Shown here: positions 15,970-23,771 of the stretch, piece after piece | Layout: every line of letters starts with the position of its first letter | How positions within the stretch are numbered: the stretch's first letter is position 1 | From: a virus | Taxonomy: Duplodnaviria > Caudoviricetes | Length of the DNA stretch: 36,024 nt | IMG/VR virus record: IMGVR_UViG_3300004255_000040 | Span: 1-36,024 of that record | Direction: 5' to 3' (one strand) | Position numbers and translations under genes: made by a program | The notes under the pieces: generated by a model | The model's database searches: none | Told to the model about the DNA's origin: nothing | What the model saw: the letters and a program-made list of their open reading frames with translations, nothing else

Positions 15970-17544
15970 TTAAGCGCCTGGCTTTTTGACCTGGTTGAGT
16001 TGGCCCCAGGCCCTGGCGGCGAACTGGCCCCGCGCCAGCAGCTCGGCCAGCTTGGCCGGATCTACCTGGCTCAAGGCGCCTTCCAGCGCATCCCGGAACT
16101 CACCCAGGCTGCTGGCGTTGGCCAGCGCGGCCTGGATCGGCTGCATGGTCTCGCCCAGCACTTCCTCCCAGCCGTCCATCATCTCGTTCACCAGGTCGTC
16201 CAGCTCGTCGCCACCGGCGCCGGCTGCCAGCGGCAGCGCCTTCAGGCTGGCACTGGCCGGCTCGGCACCCTTGGGCGCGGCCGGCGCCGTCTTGGCGGCG
16301 GTCAGCACGGGCTCGCCTTCGGCCGCCTGCGGAATCTTGAGCTTGCCATGTGCCCAACTCACCGGGATCTGCATGCCCGTCTCCACCAGTTTCGGCACGG
16401 CTTCGCTGTACAGCTTGAGATCTTCCGGCTCCTGGGTGTCGAACACCAGGCGCGGGCAGCGGCGTGGATCTGCCAGGCCCCGGTTCACGGCCAGGATGGG
16501 GTAGACCAACTGGCGCGTACAGGTGCTGCCGAGCTGCTTGGCATCGGAGTCGCGCAGGTGCTGGGCAATGTCCTGGTGCACCTTGCCCAGGGCCTGGGTG
16601 CCGTTCATGCCCTCACCACTGGTGAGCGTGCCGCCCAGCGCCACCTTGCTCTGGATGCGCTCCATGAGGTTGATCATGGCGTCGAAGCTCTTGTTGTCGC
16701 CCTTGGCCGCATCCTTGAAGTCGATCATCATGCCCTGCGGAATGATGGCCGCCGCGTCGTGGCCAATGTTCACCACCGCGCGCAGCAGCGTGGCCTTGTC
16801 TTCCTTGGTGGCAGATGGGTTGTAGATGCCCAGGCGCAGCGGCAGGCCGTAGATCTCCAGGAATTCAGCCAGGTCGCGCACAGCGTAGTTCTTGAACAGG
16901 AAGGGCCAGGCCATCACACGGTACAGGCCACTGCGCGAGATGTAGCCGCTGCGGGCGCGGTGCAGGTGCAGCATCCAGCCGAAGGGCCAGAGCGCCTCTC
17001 CATCGGCCGAGCCATCGCGCAGGCGCAGCTCGTTGCGACTGATCTGTGGGTTTAAAGCCAGTTTGAACCAGCTTTGCGGCCGGTGTTCCACCTTGACAGG
17101 CATCTGCACCTTGCCCACCCGGCTCCATTGCATTTCCAGCGCCGCATAGCCGTGGCCGATGGCATCCGTCATGTCGAACAGAACGTCGTCGAAGTCCTCC
17201 ATCGCCCGGATGGTTTCCTCGGCAAACTCAGCGTCCGCTTTTTCTGCAGCGCTTGCATCCTCGGGCGGCACGATGGCCCAGTCCAGCCGCTTCACAGCAC
17301 TGCGGCGCTGGTCCATCACGCTGAACAGGTGGCCGTCCTTCTCTTCCATGTCCTGGAACAGCTCATGCTGAGCCGTCAGGTCGCCCTGTTCGGCGGCCTG
17401 CAGTATCTGCGCCAGGCGTGCCGGCGTCAGCCCACGGCTGGGATGGTTCTCAAACTCATGGCGCAGCTGCGCCAGGCGCGCAGTCTGCGGCTCCTGCAGC
17501 TGGGCGCTTTCGATCGGCTTGCCGAATTGGTCAAGGATGGCCAT
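15970..17544 (-). CDS. Portal protein (Mu gp29/gpH, DUF935)
   Basis: HPSRGLTPARLA, DMEEKDGH, EFLEIYGLPLRLG and SKVALGGTLTS motifs. Confidence 0.95.
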   Translation of the reverse strand: MAILDQFGKPIESAQLQEPQTARLAQLRHEFENHPSRGLTPARLAQILQAAEQGDLTAQHELFQDMEEKDGHLFSVMDQRRSAVKRLDWAIVPPEDASAAEKADAEFAEETIRAMEDFDDVLFDMTDAIGHGYAALEMQWSRVGKVQMPVKVEHRPQSWFKLALNPQISRNELRLRDGSADGEALWPFGWMLHLHRARSGYISRSGLYRVMAWPFLFKNYAVRDLAEFLEIYGLPLRLGIYNPSATKEDKATLLRAVVNIGHDAAAIIPQGMMIDFKDAAKGDNKSFDAMINLMERIQSKVALGGTLTSGEGMNGTQALGKVHQDIAQHLRDSDAKQLGSTCTRQLVYPILAVNRGLADPRRCPRLVFDTQEPEDLKLYSEAVPKLVETGMQIPVSWAHGKLKIPQAAEGEPVLTAAKTAPAAPKGAEPASASLKALPLAAGAGGDELDDLVNEMMDGWEEVLGETMQPIQAALANASSLGEFRDALEGALSQVDPAKLAELLARGQFAARAWGQLNQVKKPGA

Positions 17545-17568
17545 GTTGTTTATCTCCGTTGGTTTGGC

Positions 17569-19164
17569 CTACCAGGCGCCGGCCTGCGTGGTGGCCAGGT
17601 CGCTGTCGCCATCGCGCTCATTGCCAGGTGCATCCCAGCGGCCGTGACGGGCCGGTGCGGCCTCGTAGCCGTAGTCGTTGGCGCCGGCCAGAGTGCGGCT
17701 GGCATGCCAGGCCAGGGCGCCGGCAATGAAGGTGTCGCCGTGGCGTTTCTTCTTCTGGGCGTCTGAAGTGCGCAGTTCCGGGATCTGGGGCACGCCCTTG
17801 ATGACGCGCGGCACGCGATGGTCTGTCAGCACATCGGCGTCCATCGGAAGCTCGATCAACTGATCCTCGAAAGCCGCCTTGTAGGGCGGCAGGTTCTCCA
17901 GATACCAGGGCTGGGTGGCCTGGATCATGAGAATGCGCGTCTGGCCGTAGTGCTGCGCCGTCTGCTCGGCCATCTGCATGCCCAGGCCGCGCGAGTCGAG
18001 CGCCGCGCCCACGAAACGGGGCAGTCGATCGAGGATGTACCACAGCACCTGCAGCTGCTGCTTGAATGGCATGCCACGCAACTCCACGATGAAGGGCGCA
18101 CGGCGCTTGAGGGTGCGGAGCTGGATCAGGGGAACGAAAGCCGAAAGGTCGCCCACACGGGCGAAGTCCCCGCCCAGATAGCTGGTCACCCCCTCGCCGA
18201 GCAGATCCTGCAGGGCATCGAGTTCGGGCTTGAGATGTTCCTCGCACCAGTCCAGGATTGCCAGCTCGCGGGTGCGCTCCGGCTTGAAGGTGAAGTCGGG
18301 TGTGCGCTGGTCGCGCAGCACCTTCCATCCCTGGCGCATGCAGCGCTCCACCAGCTCGCGCGTCAGAAAGGCGCCGCTGCCGTGCTTGGGCACGCAATCC
18401 AGCTCTTCCTCGGCGTCGTCGCCATAGAAGGCGCGGATCTCGTCCGCCCACTTGGCCTGCGCCTCCAGGCTCCATTCCTCTCCTGTTCTCAGGCAGATGC
18501 GGGCATAGAGGCCATCGGCCAGCGCATCGTTGAAGGTGATGCGGTGCACGCTGTAAGGGAAACGTCCGGCGCGGGTGTCCTTGATCAGCTGGTTGAAGGG
18601 GTTGTCATCGCCGTCGTGGGTGGAGATCACTCGCAGGTCGCCACCCCAGATCAACAGCGCCATTGCCGCCTTAAGGATCTCAGCCTGGTTTTCATGGAAG
18701 GCAGCTTCATCCAGGATCACGCGGCCCTGCTTGCCGCGCAGGTTGCGCGGCTTCGAGCTGAGCGCCGTGATGCGGTTGCCGCTGGCGAACTTGATGCTGA
18801 ACGCGAAGACGCTCTTTTTCTCCTCACCCTCCAGGAACACGTCTTCCGAGATCTCGATGGCATCGGCCACGCTCTGGAAGTGCTCGGCCCATTGAGCGCA
18901 GTCGAGAATGAACTCGATGGCCATGTCCTTGACGTAGCCGATGTACCAGACGTCCATGCCGTCGGCCGCCGCCGCGCACAAGACGGAGTCGCAGGCTTCG
19001 GCCCAGCTCAGCCCGATGCGGCGGCTTTTCTCCACCACCTTGACCTTGCTCTTGTCTGCCAGCCAGCGCTGCTGATAGGGCAGCAACACGGCCGGTGCGC
19101 GGCGCTCGAACTGGTATTCGGCCTGCTCGCCGAGGGCGCGCATCTCCGGGGTGATGACGGCCAT
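17569..19164 (-). CDS. Terminase large subunit (Mu gp28)
   Basis: LLPYQQRW, Walker A-like KSRRIGLS, Walker B ILDEAAF, nuclease GGDFAR..DLS and RHGD; ATG at 19164 coupled to the gp27 stop. Confidence 0.93.
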   Translation of the reverse strand: MAVITPEMRALGEQAEYQFERRAPAVLLPYQQRWLADKSKVKVVEKSRRIGLSWAEACDSVLCAAAADGMDVWYIGYVKDMAIEFILDCAQWAEHFQSVADAIEISEDVFLEGEEKKSVFAFSIKFASGNRITALSSKPRNLRGKQGRVILDEAAFHENQAEILKAAMALLIWGGDLRVISTHDGDDNPFNQLIKDTRAGRFPYSVHRITFNDALADGLYARICLRTGEEWSLEAQAKWADEIRAFYGDDAEEELDCVPKHGSGAFLTRELVERCMRQGWKVLRDQRTPDFTFKPERTRELAILDWCEEHLKPELDALQDLLGEGVTSYLGGDFARVGDLSAFVPLIQLRTLKRRAPFIVELRGMPFKQQLQVLWYILDRLPRFVGAALDSRGLGMQMAEQTAQHYGQTRILMIQATQPWYLENLPPYKAAFEDQLIELPMDADVLTDHRVPRVIKGVPQIPELRTSDAQKKKRHGDTFIAGALAWHASRTLAGANDYGYEAAPARHGRWDAPGNERDGDSDLATTQAGAW

Positions 19165-19745
19165 CACGCCGCCCCCTTGGCCTTGGTCGCCGGGATGCCC
19201 AGGATCTGGCTGCGGATCAGCTCCACCGTCTCGGCGGTCATGCCGGCCTTCTTGGCCGTCTTGGCCACGTCGGCAGCCACCTTCTCGGCCTGCGCCTGGA
19301 TCAGCTTGCGCAGATTGATCTCGCGGTCCACCACCAGCTTGTCGGCGCCGGCAATGTCCTTCAGGGCCTTGCCCAGGAACATCAGATCCTCGGGGCTGGC
19401 GCTCTCGATGTCGCCGATGCTCTTGAAGGCCACCACACGCAGCATCTCCAGCAGCATGCGGCCGATGTCTCCATCGGGTTCCTTGCCCAGCTTGTCTACC
19501 CACACCGCTGCGATCTGCTGAGCCTGGCGGTAGTCCTCCATGCGCTCGCGTGCATTCTTCACATAGCGGCCTACGGACGAGCGTGAAGCCTCTTCGCCTT
19601 CCTTGGCGATCAACTGCACGATCTGGTCGATGGTAAGGCGGCCCTCGCGCACGGCAGCGTCCACCGCCTCTTTGACGCGCGGATCGAGCTGCAGGATGCT
19701 GCTGGGGCGCGAAGGCTTGCGCTTAAAGGTGCTTTTAGTGGTCAT
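19164..19745 (-). CDS. Terminase small subunit (Mu gp27, DUF3486)
   Basis: SSILQL and SRSSVGRY (HTH) motifs, C-terminal IRSQILGI; GAGG SD. Confidence 0.85.
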   Translation of the reverse strand: MTTKSTFKRKPSRPSSILQLDPRVKEAVDAAVREGRLTIDQIVQLIAKEGEEASRSSVGRYVKNARERMEDYRQAQQIAAVWVDKLGKEPDGDIGRMLLEMLRVVAFKSIGDIESASPEDLMFLGKALKDIAGADKLVVDREINLRKLIQAQAEKVAADVAKTAKKAGMTAETVELIRSQILGIPATKAKGAA

Positions 19746-19754
19746 TCCCACCTC

Positions 19755-20048
19755 TTACGGCATCGGCTTTTTCACGCCCGGCACCACCGCGCGCCCGGCA
19801 GCAGCATCGGCACCGCGTGCAGTCAGGGTGGCCAGGGTCACTTCGCTCACAGTGCGCGAGGTCACCAGCTGCTGCTCGGCCAGCCAGGCAATGTCGGTGC
19901 GCACCTGGTCGATGCTGGCGCTGTGGCCGTAGATCTGGGCAATGGCGTCACGCAGCAGGAACGCGTTGGCGCTGTAGCCCGGCGTCTCGGCCAGCACCAG
20001 CAGCAGCGAGAGGCGGCGGTCCTCGGTCAGGGTGGTTTGAAAAGACAT
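19755..20048 (-). CDS. Mu gp26-like winged-helix protein
   Basis: EDRRLSLL..L, WLAEQQLV, LTARGAD and PGVKKP motifs. Confidence 0.85.
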   Translation of the reverse strand: MSFQTTLTEDRRLSLLLVLAETPGYSANAFLLRDAIAQIYGHSASIDQVRTDIAWLAEQQLVTSRTVSEVTLATLTARGADAAAGRAVVPGVKKPMP

Positions 20049-20413
20049 CAGCGGTTCTTCAACAGGTGTTCGTGGATCAGGTTGGTCTGGTGCTCAACCC
20101 GTTGCAGCAGCTGCGACTGGCCTTCCAGGCGCGAACGCATCGAGGCCACGTTGTTGGCGATCTGCGCCACCTCCTGGTCGGTTGGCGCGTGTTTCACCGC
20201 TTCCTCCAGGATCGTGATCCGGTTGTTCTGGTCGTGGTTGGCTTCGTTGCTGGCCTTGATGAAGCTCGCCAGCTCCTGCGCCACGCTCTTGACGGCCGAA
20301 GCGTTGTCGTTGTCCTTGGTACGCAGGTAGCTCCAGATGGCCAGCGCGAACAGCGCTATCCAGTGGCCGATGTCCAGCCAGAACTTGGCGGCGCTGTAAT
20401 CAATGTTTCCCAA
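20048..20413 (-). CDS. Mu gp25-like membrane-anchored coiled-coil protein (DUF2730)
   Basis: TTG start with GGGGAG SD; N-terminal TM segment, coiled coil and C-terminal LIHEHLL; synteny. Confidence 0.72.
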   Translation of the reverse strand: MGNIDYSAAKFWLDIGHWIALFALAIWSYLRTKDNDNASAVKSVAQELASFIKASNEANHDQNNRITILEEAVKHAPTDQEVAQIANNVASMRSRLEGQSQLLQRVEHQTNLIHEHLLKNR

Positions 20414-20951
20414 GCTCGTTCTCCCCGGTGTTTGTGTATTTGGAAGGCCGACAGACAAACATGGCATCGGCCTGCAGCCCGATCACCTGGTCCCGGAGGA
20501 TGTCAGCGTCTGCAGCCAGCCCTCGATATCTTTCTGAGCAGCTTCCAAAAAGCTGCCTTGCGGCGGCGGCTTCTGCAGCGAGGGCGGCAGATCTGGGATC
20601 TCCACCGGCGGCGGACAGATCACGCTGGTTGAGGGCGTCAATGGTGCGGCGCAGGCGCTCAGCAACAGCATTGCCAGCAGCAATGCGGCGCCGTGCAGCT
20701 TCTTCACGTTGGGCTTGTTCATTGGCATTCCTTTGTGCGTTGTGGTCTCGTTCGGCCTGCTCGGCTGCGCGCTCCCTTGCCAGGCGCTGGGTCTCGGCCG
20801 AGTCAATGAGCTTTTGCTTGTCCCATCGTCCTTGCACCCGCTCCTCGCCAATCGCCTCGCCGATGCCGATCAGGTGCGATCGCAAAGCCTGCAGACCCAC
20901 CCCGATCGCGGCAACCAGGCTGGCAATTACGATGAAGCGCAGCCAGGTCAT
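20400..20951 (-). CDS. Inner-membrane spanin (Rz-like)
   Basis: N-terminal TM then a coiled coil ending QVIGLQ; follows the holin and contains a nested lipoprotein ORF. Confidence 0.8.
   Translation of the reverse strand: MTWLRFIVIASLVAAIGVGLQALRSHLIGIGEAIGEERVQGRWDKQKLIDSAETQRLARERAAEQAERDHNAQRNANEQAQREEAARRRIAAGNAVAERLRRTIDALNQRDLSAAGGDPRSAALAAEAAAARQLFGSCSERYRGLAADADILRDQVIGLQADAMFVCRPSKYTNTGENELGKH
20483..20722 (-). CDS. Outer-membrane spanin lipoprotein (Rz1-like), embedded in Rz
   Basis: AAAGGA SD; signal peptide with lipobox LSAC; Pro-rich mature region. Confidence 0.8.
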   Translation of the reverse strand: MNKPNVKKLHGAALLLAMLLLSACAAPLTPSTSVICPPPVEIPDLPPSLQKPPPQGSFLEAAQKDIEGWLQTLTSSGTR

Positions 20952-21157
20952 TTGGGCGCCTTTTTCAGGGTGATGGCGCTGCTGGAGATAAGGCGCAGGG
21001 CTGCGTTAAACACCGGTAGCCCGAAGGCCAGCCAGGCAAATAACCCACCGGGCAGCACGCCCTGCAGCACATGGAGCTGCAATTCAGCCGCCGCCAGCAT
21101 CAGGATGATGGCGTTGAACCACAGCGTTTTGGACTTCCAGCAGGGCTTGCATTTCAT
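20948..21157 (-). CDS. Putative holin
   Basis: 69 aa with two hydrophobic segments and a WKSKTLWFN motif; lies between endolysin and Rz with ATGA coupling. Confidence 0.7.
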   Translation of the reverse strand: MKCKPCWKSKTLWFNAIILMLAAAELQLHVLQGVLPGGLFAWLAFGLPVFNAALRLISSSAITLKKAPK

Positions 21158-21822
21158 GCTGTTACCCCGGTGAAAATGTTCTTGTCTTCCGGCTGCATGC
21201 CGCGCGCCAGCCAGGCACGCACGTCGAAGCCGGGGCAGGTCTTGAGCCACTCGAACGGCTCCACCAGGCCGTTGCCATTGGTGTCGGGCGACAGATCCCG
21301 GTGGCCGCACACGCCGCCCGCCATCGTGTAGCCCAGCGGGTAGCTCTTGCTGAACGTGCGCTTCGGCGCCGCGCAGGGAATACCGTACTCAGTGAGCAGC
21401 ATGGCCACCACCTGCTGCAGGCTTTTCCACTGCTGCGGTGTATACCGGCCTTCACGCTCGACGCCTCCCACCAGGCAGATGCCAACCGAATGCGCGTTGA
21501 AGTTGGCCGCATGCGCGCCCACCTCGTTCAAGCCCCGACCAGACCACACCTCACCGGTGAGGTCGATCACGTAGTGGTAGCCGATGGAGGGGAGCTTGGA
21601 GCTGAAGGCGCGCACAGCATCCGGGGCACGCTTGAAGCCGCGCGCCGCGTGCCAGGCGTTGATGACTTGCGGCGCGTTGAGGTAACCAGGCTTGCCCGGC
21701 TCGCCCTGATACAGCGGCTTGCCGCTGGTCGTGGCCGAGCAATGGATGACCACCAGGTCAACCGGCCGGCCTTGCGGCTCGCCGACCTGGTGCGCAATTG
21801 AAGTTTGAAAAGTGGGCTGCAT
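21154..21822 (-). CDS. Endolysin, N-acetylmuramoyl-L-alanine amidase (T7 lysozyme/Amidase_2 type)
   Basis: Zn ligand motifs IHCSAT, GHRD and KTCP; also IGYHYVI and GAH..SVGICLVGG. Confidence 0.92.
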   Translation of the reverse strand: MQPTFQTSIAHQVGEPQGRPVDLVVIHCSATTSGKPLYQGEPGKPGYLNAPQVINAWHAARGFKRAPDAVRAFSSKLPSIGYHYVIDLTGEVWSGRGLNEVGAHAANFNAHSVGICLVGGVEREGRYTPQQWKSLQQVVAMLLTEYGIPCAAPKRTFSKSYPLGYTMAGGVCGHRDLSPDTNGNGLVEPFEWLKTCPGFDVRAWLARGMQPEDKNIFTGVTA

Positions 21823-21829
21823 GCGGGCG

Positions 21830-21877
21830 ATGTTCCCGCGTGCGCGCGAAGGTGACTACTAAAACGCTTTAGTCACC
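21830..21877 (-). promoter_or_regulatory. Putative late promoter (Mu Plys equivalent)
   Basis: Dyad TAAA-N4-TTTA at 21860-21871 inside the inverted repeat GGTGACTA/TAGTCACC; -10-like GAACAT 7 nt before the ATG. Confidence 0.6.
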
Positions 21878-21931
21878 ATATGGGCTGCTCTGGATGTGCA
21901 GCCGAGTGGGAGAAGATGAAACCCTAACGGT

Positions 21932-22471
21932 TTACCGTACCACGCCCGAAGTCTTGGCGTCGGCCACCACCAGCCGCTTTGCATCGCCGTCCACCCAGAA
22001 GGTGACAGCGGTGCCGTTTTGCTCACCCTTGAGCTGGTCGAGTTGACCAGTCATCGCGTCGGCGAAGACCGAAGAGACAATGGCCGTAGGCGTCAGCTTG
22101 AGCATTTCCTTGTTGGCAAACCGGTCGCCCACGAAGGTGTACACCTTGGCGAAGTCGCAGGGCTTGGCGCATTCGGCCACCGTGCGCACGTTGCCGTTCT
22201 TCAGCATGACCTGGTAGAGGTCTCCCTTGTGCCCCAGGTAGCTGAACATCATGAGCTTGACGGCGGCCTGCCCATTCTGGCGATCGCTCTCGCTGATGCC
22301 CTGCTCATAACCGTATTCCTGCCCGTCCTTGATGGCGTACAGATGCTGCGGCATGGCAGGCGCTGCAGCAATAGCCGGAGCGGCGCCGGACGAAACAGCC
22401 TTGTCACCACAACCCGACAATAGGATGGCTGCGCCGATTGCCAGTATCAGACCCAAAAGAGTGTTCTTCAT
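21932..22471 (-). CDS. Lipoprotein of unknown function downstream of the repressor
   Basis: Signal peptide with lipobox LSGC; AGGGAG SD 12 nt after the repressor stop. Confidence 0.8.
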   Translation of the reverse strand: MKNTLLGLILAIGAAILLSGCGDKAVSSGAAPAIAAAPAMPQHLYAIKDGQEYGYEQGISESDRQNGQAAVKLMMFSYLGHKGDLYQVMLKNGNVRTVAECAKPCDFAKVYTFVGDRFANKEMLKLTPTAIVSSVFADAMTGQLDQLKGEQNGTAVTFWVDGDAKRLVVADAKTSGVVR

Positions 22472-22483
22472 TGCTGTCTCCCT

Positions 22484-23311
22484 TTAATTGAATGTCACGC
22501 CACCCCAGCGCACCCGGCCGATCACGGCAAAGTCACGGTCTGCGTCTTCATGGCCCTGGATGTCGAACGGCTCATAGGCCGGGTTGAAACTGCTCACGCG
22601 CAGCACCTTGCCTGGCAGGCGCTGCAGCTTCTTGACCAGCAGAGCGCCGTCGAGCCGGACGATGTGGACACCTTCGGTGACCACCTCGCAATCGTTCAGA
22701 TCGGTCAGCACTGTGTCTTTGGAATGCAGCCACGGCTCCATTGATGTGCCGATCACAGTGGTCATGGCAATGTTGTTGTGGGCGATGCCCAGCTCGTAGC
22801 GGATGTAGTTCGCATCGAAAGGGCGCATGGTGATGACGGCCTCGATATCACTGAAGGCGCCATTGCCCGCCGACACCTTGATATTGAACAGCGGCACGTA
22901 GACGAAGCCGTCCTGCTCCACGGCACGTACGCTTTTTTCTATCCTCGAAGCCGATGGCGCTTTGTCACTGACGCCCTCCAGTAGCTTCACAAGAGTCGTC
23001 TTGTAGGCCTTGGCAATCACCTCCAGTTCAAAGGCGTCCGGCAGGCTTTGGCCGCGCTCGATGTTCCAGATCGTGTTGCGGTGCACGCCGATCATGCTGG
23101 CGACATCGTCGACCTGCATCGAGCCGCGCGCCAACTTACATCGCTGGCCGAACTGCCGCATGTACTCATCACGGGCGGAGTTTCTAAGCTCCTTCGCCAC
23201 AGCCCTGTCGGATGTCGCCGCCGCATGGTGCAAGTACCAGTTGACGGGCTCCTCAACAGAAAAAGGCTTAGCGTCGCCGGAAGCCATCGGCGCTGTTTCT
23301 TTTGTGTTCAT
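22484..23311 (-). CDS. Prophage repressor, XRE HTH plus S24 peptidase
   Basis: HTH VASMIGVHRNTIWNIERG; cleavage site SAG; catalytic GTSMEP and VKKL. Start at 23311 chosen from promoter geometry. Confidence 0.88.
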   Translation of the reverse strand: MNTKETAPMASGDAKPFSVEEPVNWYLHHAAATSDRAVAKELRNSARDEYMRQFGQRCKLARGSMQVDDVASMIGVHRNTIWNIERGQSLPDAFELEVIAKAYKTTLVKLLEGVSDKAPSASRIEKSVRAVEQDGFVYVPLFNIKVSAGNGAFSDIEAVITMRPFDANYIRYELGIAHNNIAMTTVIGTSMEPWLHSKDTVLTDLNDCEVVTEGVHIVRLDGALLVKKLQRLPGKVLRVSSFNPAYEPFDIQGHEDADRDFAVIGRVRWGGVTFN

Positions 23312-23318
23312 GGTCACT

Positions 23319-23347
23319 ATTCTGTACACGCACATTAAAAAATGCAA
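23319..23347 (-). promoter_or_regulatory. Repressor promoter (sigma70-like)
   Basis: TTGCAT-17 nt-CAGAAT; ATG at 23311 lies 7 nt downstream. Confidence 0.7.
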
Positions 23348-23418
23348 ACCAGACTTTGTAAGAAGTCCAAAAAACACATGAATTTGGGCATTGGTACAAA
23401 CCCTGTAGCAAAAATATT

Positions 23419-23464
23419 TTGAAATTGTGCAGTTTGTGTTCATAATCATGGGCATGAACACAAA
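23419..23464 (+). promoter_or_regulatory. Early promoter with overlapping palindromic operator
   Basis: TTGAAA-16 nt-CATAAT; inverted repeat TTTGTGTTCAT-N10-ATGAACACAAA at 23433-23464. Confidence 0.65.
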
Positions 23465-23771
23465 TAAAGCGACATCAGCACACGGGGATATGCACCCGGC
23501 TGACGTGATTGCTGCCCTGCGTAAGCAAGGCACCAGCCTGCGCAAGATTGCCCAGCAGAACGACTACAGCCACATCCAGCGCGTGCTGACCAGCCCCTGG
23601 CTGGCCGCCGAGCAGCTGGTAGCCAAGGCGCTGGGCATGAAGCCGGAGGACATCTGGCCGTCGCGTTACAAGAACCCGGCCGATCGCGCCCTGGCATATC
23701 GGCAGACCCGCAAGATCGCCATCACCATGCCGCGCAAGCGCAGGCAGACAGCATCGGAGGCCCGCGTATGA
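23454..23771 (+). CDS. ner: Ner-like transcriptional regulator
   Basis: HPADVIAALRKQGTSL and EQLVAKALG..PEDIWPSRY motifs; divergent from the repressor. Confidence 0.9.
   Translation: MNTNKATSAHGDMHPADVIAALRKQGTSLRKIAQQNDYSHIQRVLTSPWLAAEQLVAKALGMKPEDIWPSRYKNPADRALAYRQTRKIAITMPRKRRQTASEARV

Noticed and set aside
19165-19503. Extended terminase ORF start at 19503 (similar over-extensions at 11448, 21310, 26733 and 30174)
   Set aside because: These overlap upstream genes; coupled or SD-supported downstream starts fit better.
17818-19521. Long opposite-strand ORFs (567 aa here; also 15880-17055, 8010-9062, 9084-10178, 24347-25651)
   Set aside because: Shadows of GC-rich codon usage opposite well-supported genes, with no recognisable motifs.
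23312-23545. N-terminal extension of the repressor in the 353-aa ORF call
   Set aside because: It runs through the divergent promoter region and into ner; promoter geometry supports the ATG at 23311.
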